Shown here one piece after another: positions 45,675 to 48,471 of a DNA stretch of 48,471 nucleotides (its first letter is position 1; each line of letters opens with the position of its first letter). Both the position numbers and the translations under genes were made by a program. The DNA is from Rhodothermales bacterium. GTDB lineage: Bacteria > Bacteroidota > Rhodothermia > Rhodothermales > ISCAR-4553. The DNA lies in the NCBI GenBank assembly GCA_026984335.1, contig JALSSK010000318.1, positions 1-48,471 on the forward strand. Reading direction: 5' to 3'. The notes below the pieces were generated by a model. The model was not told the origin of the DNA, did no database searches, and saw nothing but the letters and a program-made list of their open reading frames with translations.

Positions 45675-47366
45675 ATGATGAAGCTCAGACTCCTGCCCGC
45701 CGTCCTTTTTCTGTTCACGCTCGCCGCTTGCACCTCGACGCGGCCGCAGACGGCGGAACCGGAACCGCCGGCAACCGAGGCTCCGGCGACGAGGGCCGAG
45801 ACGAGGGCCGATGAAACGCCCGCCCCCGGAGCCACCGCCCCGAAGGCGCGTCCGGACGACTGGTTTCAGTATGCGGAGGACGACGGCGGCTTCCCGGGCG
45901 TCGGTGTGGCCGAGGCGTACGAGACGCTTCTCAAAAATCGGAAGCCCGCGCAGACCGTCGTCGTCGCCGTGATCGACTCGGGCGTGGACATCGAGCACGA
46001 AGACCTTCAGGGCAAGGTGTGGGTCAACGAGGACGAGACGCCCGGCAACGGCAAGGACGACGACGGCAACGGATACGTCGACGACGTGCACGGGTGGAAC
46101 TTCATCGGCGGCCCGGACGGGCGGAACGTGCAGTACGACACGTATGAACTCACGCGCGAGTACGCGCGGCTGAAACCCCGCTTCGAGGGCAAAACCCTCG
46201 CCGAAGTTCCGAAAGAAGAGGAGCACGACTACCGGTACTTCCTCGACCTCAAAGCCGAGTACGACGAAAAGCTCGAAACCACGAAGCAGCAGTTGACGAA
46301 CATCGGCGGGTTTCTTCCGGCGGCGGAACGGGCGACGAAAATCCTCCAGGAACACTTCGGCAAGGAGGAAATCACGGCGGACGACCTGCAGAAGATCGAG
46401 TCGGGGCAGACGCAACTCGGCGGGGCCAAGCAGGTGCTTCAGTTCCTCTTGGCCAATGAGATCACGCTCAAGGACCTTCAGGATTACGTCGAGCATCTGG
46501 AGACGGACCTCCAGTATCGCCTCGACCCTGATTTCGACCCGCGTCCCATCGTCGGGGATGACTATGCGAACGTCGAGGAACGGATTTATGGGAACGCGGA
46601 CGTCATCGGTCCCGACCCCGAGCACGGGACGCATGTGGCGGGCATCATCGGCGCGGAGCGGGACAACGGTTTCGGCGCGAAGGGCGTCGCCGAACCGGTC
46701 CGCATCATGGTGATCCGCACCATCCCCGACGGCGACGAGCGCGACAAGGACGTCGCCAATGCCATACGGTATGCGGTGGACAACGGCGCGGAGGTCATCA
46801 ACATGAGCTTCGGGAAGAGCTATTCTCCGCAAAAGGAGGCGGTCGATGCGGCGGTTCGGTATGCGCAGGAGCATGACGTGCTGATCGTGCACGCCGCCGG
46901 CAACGACGCGAAGAACGTCGACGAGGAGGACAACTTCCCCACCCGCGTATTCGCCGGCGGCGGTCGGGCCGAGAACTGGATCGAGGTGGGGGCCACTTCG
47001 TGGAAGACCGGCGAGAAACTCGTCGCCGACTTCAGCAATTACGGGGCCGCCACGGTCGATCTCTTCGCGCCGGGCGTGGCCATCTTCTCGACGCTCCCCG
47101 GCAACGAATACGGCGAGCGGCAGGGGACGAGCATGGCGGCTCCGGTGGTCTCCGGCGTGGCGGCGCTCGTGCGGGCCTATTACCCCGACCTTTCGGCTCC
47201 TCAGGTCGCCGAACTGCTCATGCGGACGGCCACCCCGCACGCGGGCGAGCAGGTCGCCGTGCCCGGCACGGACGGCGTCGTGGCGGACTTCGCCACGCTC
47301 TCCGTCACGGGCGGCATCGTCAATGCGTACGCGGCGCTCAAAACCGCCGGAGCGATGGAGAAATGA
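45675..47366 (+). CDS. S8 (subtilisin-family) serine peptidase lipoprotein
   Basis: MMKLRLLPAVLFLFTLAAC lipobox. Catalytic triad contexts VAVIDSGVD, HGTHVAGII and GTSMAAPVVSG. Confidence 0.9.
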   Translation: MMKLRLLPAVLFLFTLAACTSTRPQTAEPEPPATEAPATRAETRADETPAPGATAPKARPDDWFQYAEDDGGFPGVGVAEAYETLLKNRKPAQTVVVAVIDSGVDIEHEDLQGKVWVNEDETPGNGKDDDGNGYVDDVHGWNFIGGPDGRNVQYDTYELTREYARLKPRFEGKTLAEVPKEEEHDYRYFLDLKAEYDEKLETTKQQLTNIGGFLPAAERATKILQEHFGKEEITADDLQKIESGQTQLGGAKQVLQFLLANEITLKDLQDYVEHLETDLQYRLDPDFDPRPIVGDDYANVEERIYGNADVIGPDPEHGTHVAGIIGAERDNGFGAKGVAEPVRIMVIRTIPDGDERDKDVANAIRYAVDNGAEVINMSFGKSYSPQKEAVDAAVRYAQEHDVLIVHAAGNDAKNVDEEDNFPTRVFAGGGRAENWIEVGATSWKTGEKLVADFSNYGAATVDLFAPGVAIFSTLPGNEYGERQGTSMAAPVVSGVAALVRAYYPDLSAPQVAELLMRTATPHAGEQVAVPGTDGVVADFATLSVTGGIVNAYAALKTAGAMEK

Positions 47367-47382
47367 CCCGCGATCCGCGCGC

Positions 47383-48471
47383 TCACGGCATCATCTCAAC
47401 GGCGGGATTCGAGAGGCGGGCGGCGTATTGGGGCGGCGTCGGGGCCAGGCGGGGGAGCAGAGCCTCGCGCACGGCGAAAAAGGCTTCGCGGTTGGCCTCC
47501 CACACCGGCCCGGACGAGGGGAAGTCTTCTCGGAGATGGTTGACCTGACTGCCGTTCTTCCAGAACCGATAGCACACGTGCGGTCCGGTGGCGAGCCCCG
47601 TGCTGCCGACGTATCCGATCACGTCGCCCTGCCGGACCTGCGCGCCGGGACGGATGCCCTTCGCGATCTTCGACATGTGGAGGTAGCCCGTCGTGTACGT
47701 GCCGTTGTGCCGAATCTTGACGTAATTGCCGTTGTACTTTTTGTACCGCGCCTCCACGACCACCCCGTCGCCGGTGGCGCGGATGGGCGTCCCGCGCGGC
47801 GCGGCATAGTCGGTGCCCAGGTGCGCCTTGTAGCGCTTCTGAACGGGATGGAACCGGCTCCGTGAGTACCGCGAACTGATGCGGGCAAACTTCACCGGCG
47901 ACATCAAAAAGGCTTTCCTCAGGCTGTTCCCCTCCTCGTCGAAAAAGTCCGGCTTCCCGTCCTGAACGAAGCGAAAGGCGAAATAGTCCCGCCCGGCGTG
48001 GCGAAAGCGGGCGGCGCGGACGGCTCCGATGCCGAAGGGCTGCTCGTCGACCAGCTTTTCTTCGAAGATGACCTTGAAGGCGTCGCCTTTCCGGATGCGG
48101 TAAAAGTCGATCTGCCAGGCGAACACTTCCGAAAGCTCGACGGCGAGCGCGGGGTCGACGTCTCGATCGGTGAGGGCATTATAGAGCGAACTCGTGATGA
48201 CGCCTTCGACTTCGCGCTCCACCACGCGCACGGGACGCTCCCGCTCATACACCCTGAGCGAGTCCCGGAGGTCGAAGACGACGTAGCGAACCGGGTCCTG
48301 TTCGTAGACGAGATACCGGACCGACTGAAGCGAGTCGTCGGTGACGTAGAGACGGATCGACTTGCCCGCGCGGAGACGGCGCACGTCGAAGACGGGGCGG
48401 GCGATCTCGGCGGCGCGGACGATGATGGGGTAGGCGACGCGGTGCGGGGCGAGCAGGTCGGTGAACGTCTC
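47383..48471 (-). CDS. M23-family peptidoglycan metalloendopeptidase (5' end beyond the window)
   Basis: HLGTDYAAPRGTPI, GNYVKIRHNGTYTTGYLHMS and GSTGLATGPHVCYRF. The reading frame stays open upstream of the track start to the window edge (ETFTDLLAPHRVAYPIIVRAAEIARPVFDV...). Confidence 0.85.
   Translation of the reverse strand, partial: ETFTDLLAPHRVAYPIIVRAAEIARPVFDVRRLRAGKSIRLYVTDDSLQSVRYLVYEQDPVRYVVFDLRDSLRVYERERPVRVVEREVEGVITSSLYNALTDRDVDPALAVELSEVFAWQIDFYRIRKGDAFKVIFEEKLVDEQPFGIGAVRAARFRHAGRDYFAFRFVQDGKPDFFDEEGNSLRKAFLMSPVKFARISSRYSRSRFHPVQKRYKAHLGTDYAAPRGTPIRATGDGVVVEARYKKYNGNYVKIRHNGTYTTGYLHMSKIAKGIRPGAQVRQGDVIGYVGSTGLATGPHVCYRFWKNGSQVNHLREDFPSSGPVWEANREAFFAVREALLPRLAPTPPQYAARLSNPAVEMMP

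Noticed and set aside
45453-47240. 595-aa minus-strand ORF
   Set aside because: It is antisense to the S8 peptidase, whose Asp/His/Ser triad contexts are present on the plus strand.

Overview
This is a 48.5-kb, visibly GC-rich bacterial chromosomal window. I did not compute GC content. Most annotated genes carry long antisense shadow ORFs, as expected at high GC. All calls rest on reading motifs in the translations and the DNA; no database searches were run. A T9SS C-terminal sorting domain, TonB, SPOR and BNR/sortilin-type proteins and irregular Shine-Dalgarno use suggest a Bacteroidota/Rhodothermota-type lineage (inference). I support about 40 protein genes and found no rRNA, tRNA, CRISPR array, transposase or phage genes.

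Gene blocks, left to right:
1. A TetR regulator, divergent from a DUF4097 beta-repeat protein.
2. A complete beta-oxidation unit: TetR(FadR-like), terminator, then fadD-fadN-fadA-fadE.
3. A minus-strand block of carboxyltransferase, ACT-domain gene, SDR, lipoprotein MhpD-like hydratase and a hypothetical. The ACT gene is broken by two compensating frameshifts.
4. A CsbD-like gene, a membrane protein and a hypothetical.
5. A second acyl-CoA synthetase, an MBL hydrolase, IspB, a BtuC/BtuF-like importer without an ATPase gene, a lipid kinase, DeoC and a SPOR lipoprotein.
6. An 0.83-kb gene-free, AT-richer, highly structured region.
7. Polyphosphate glucokinase, a RuBisCO-like protein and a cupin.
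8. DnaG, PPK1, TonB and DUF1232.
9. A tandem intergenic repeat array.
10. Secreted or envelope proteins: BNR/sortilin-like, YceI, an FG-GAP T9SS protein, a Tat-DinB, an S8 protease and an M23 peptidase.

Most worth a second look:
- The tightly coupled RLP-cupin pair resembles the MTA-isoprenoid shunt genes but sits in a different context and has a KDDH metal-site motif.
- The structured noncoding region at 27.2-28.0 kb has minus-strand terminators bracketing a candidate sRNA.
- A dispersed and tandem intergenic repeat family occurs at 11.5, 20.3, 36.9-37.1 and 44.7 kb.
- The ACT-domain gene carries a +1/-1 homopolymer frameshift pair.
- A normally cytoplasmic hydratase family member carries a lipoprotein signal.
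- Two sub-60-codon ORFs are missing from the ORF track.

I did not find a clear-cut new multi-gene system such as a defence island.
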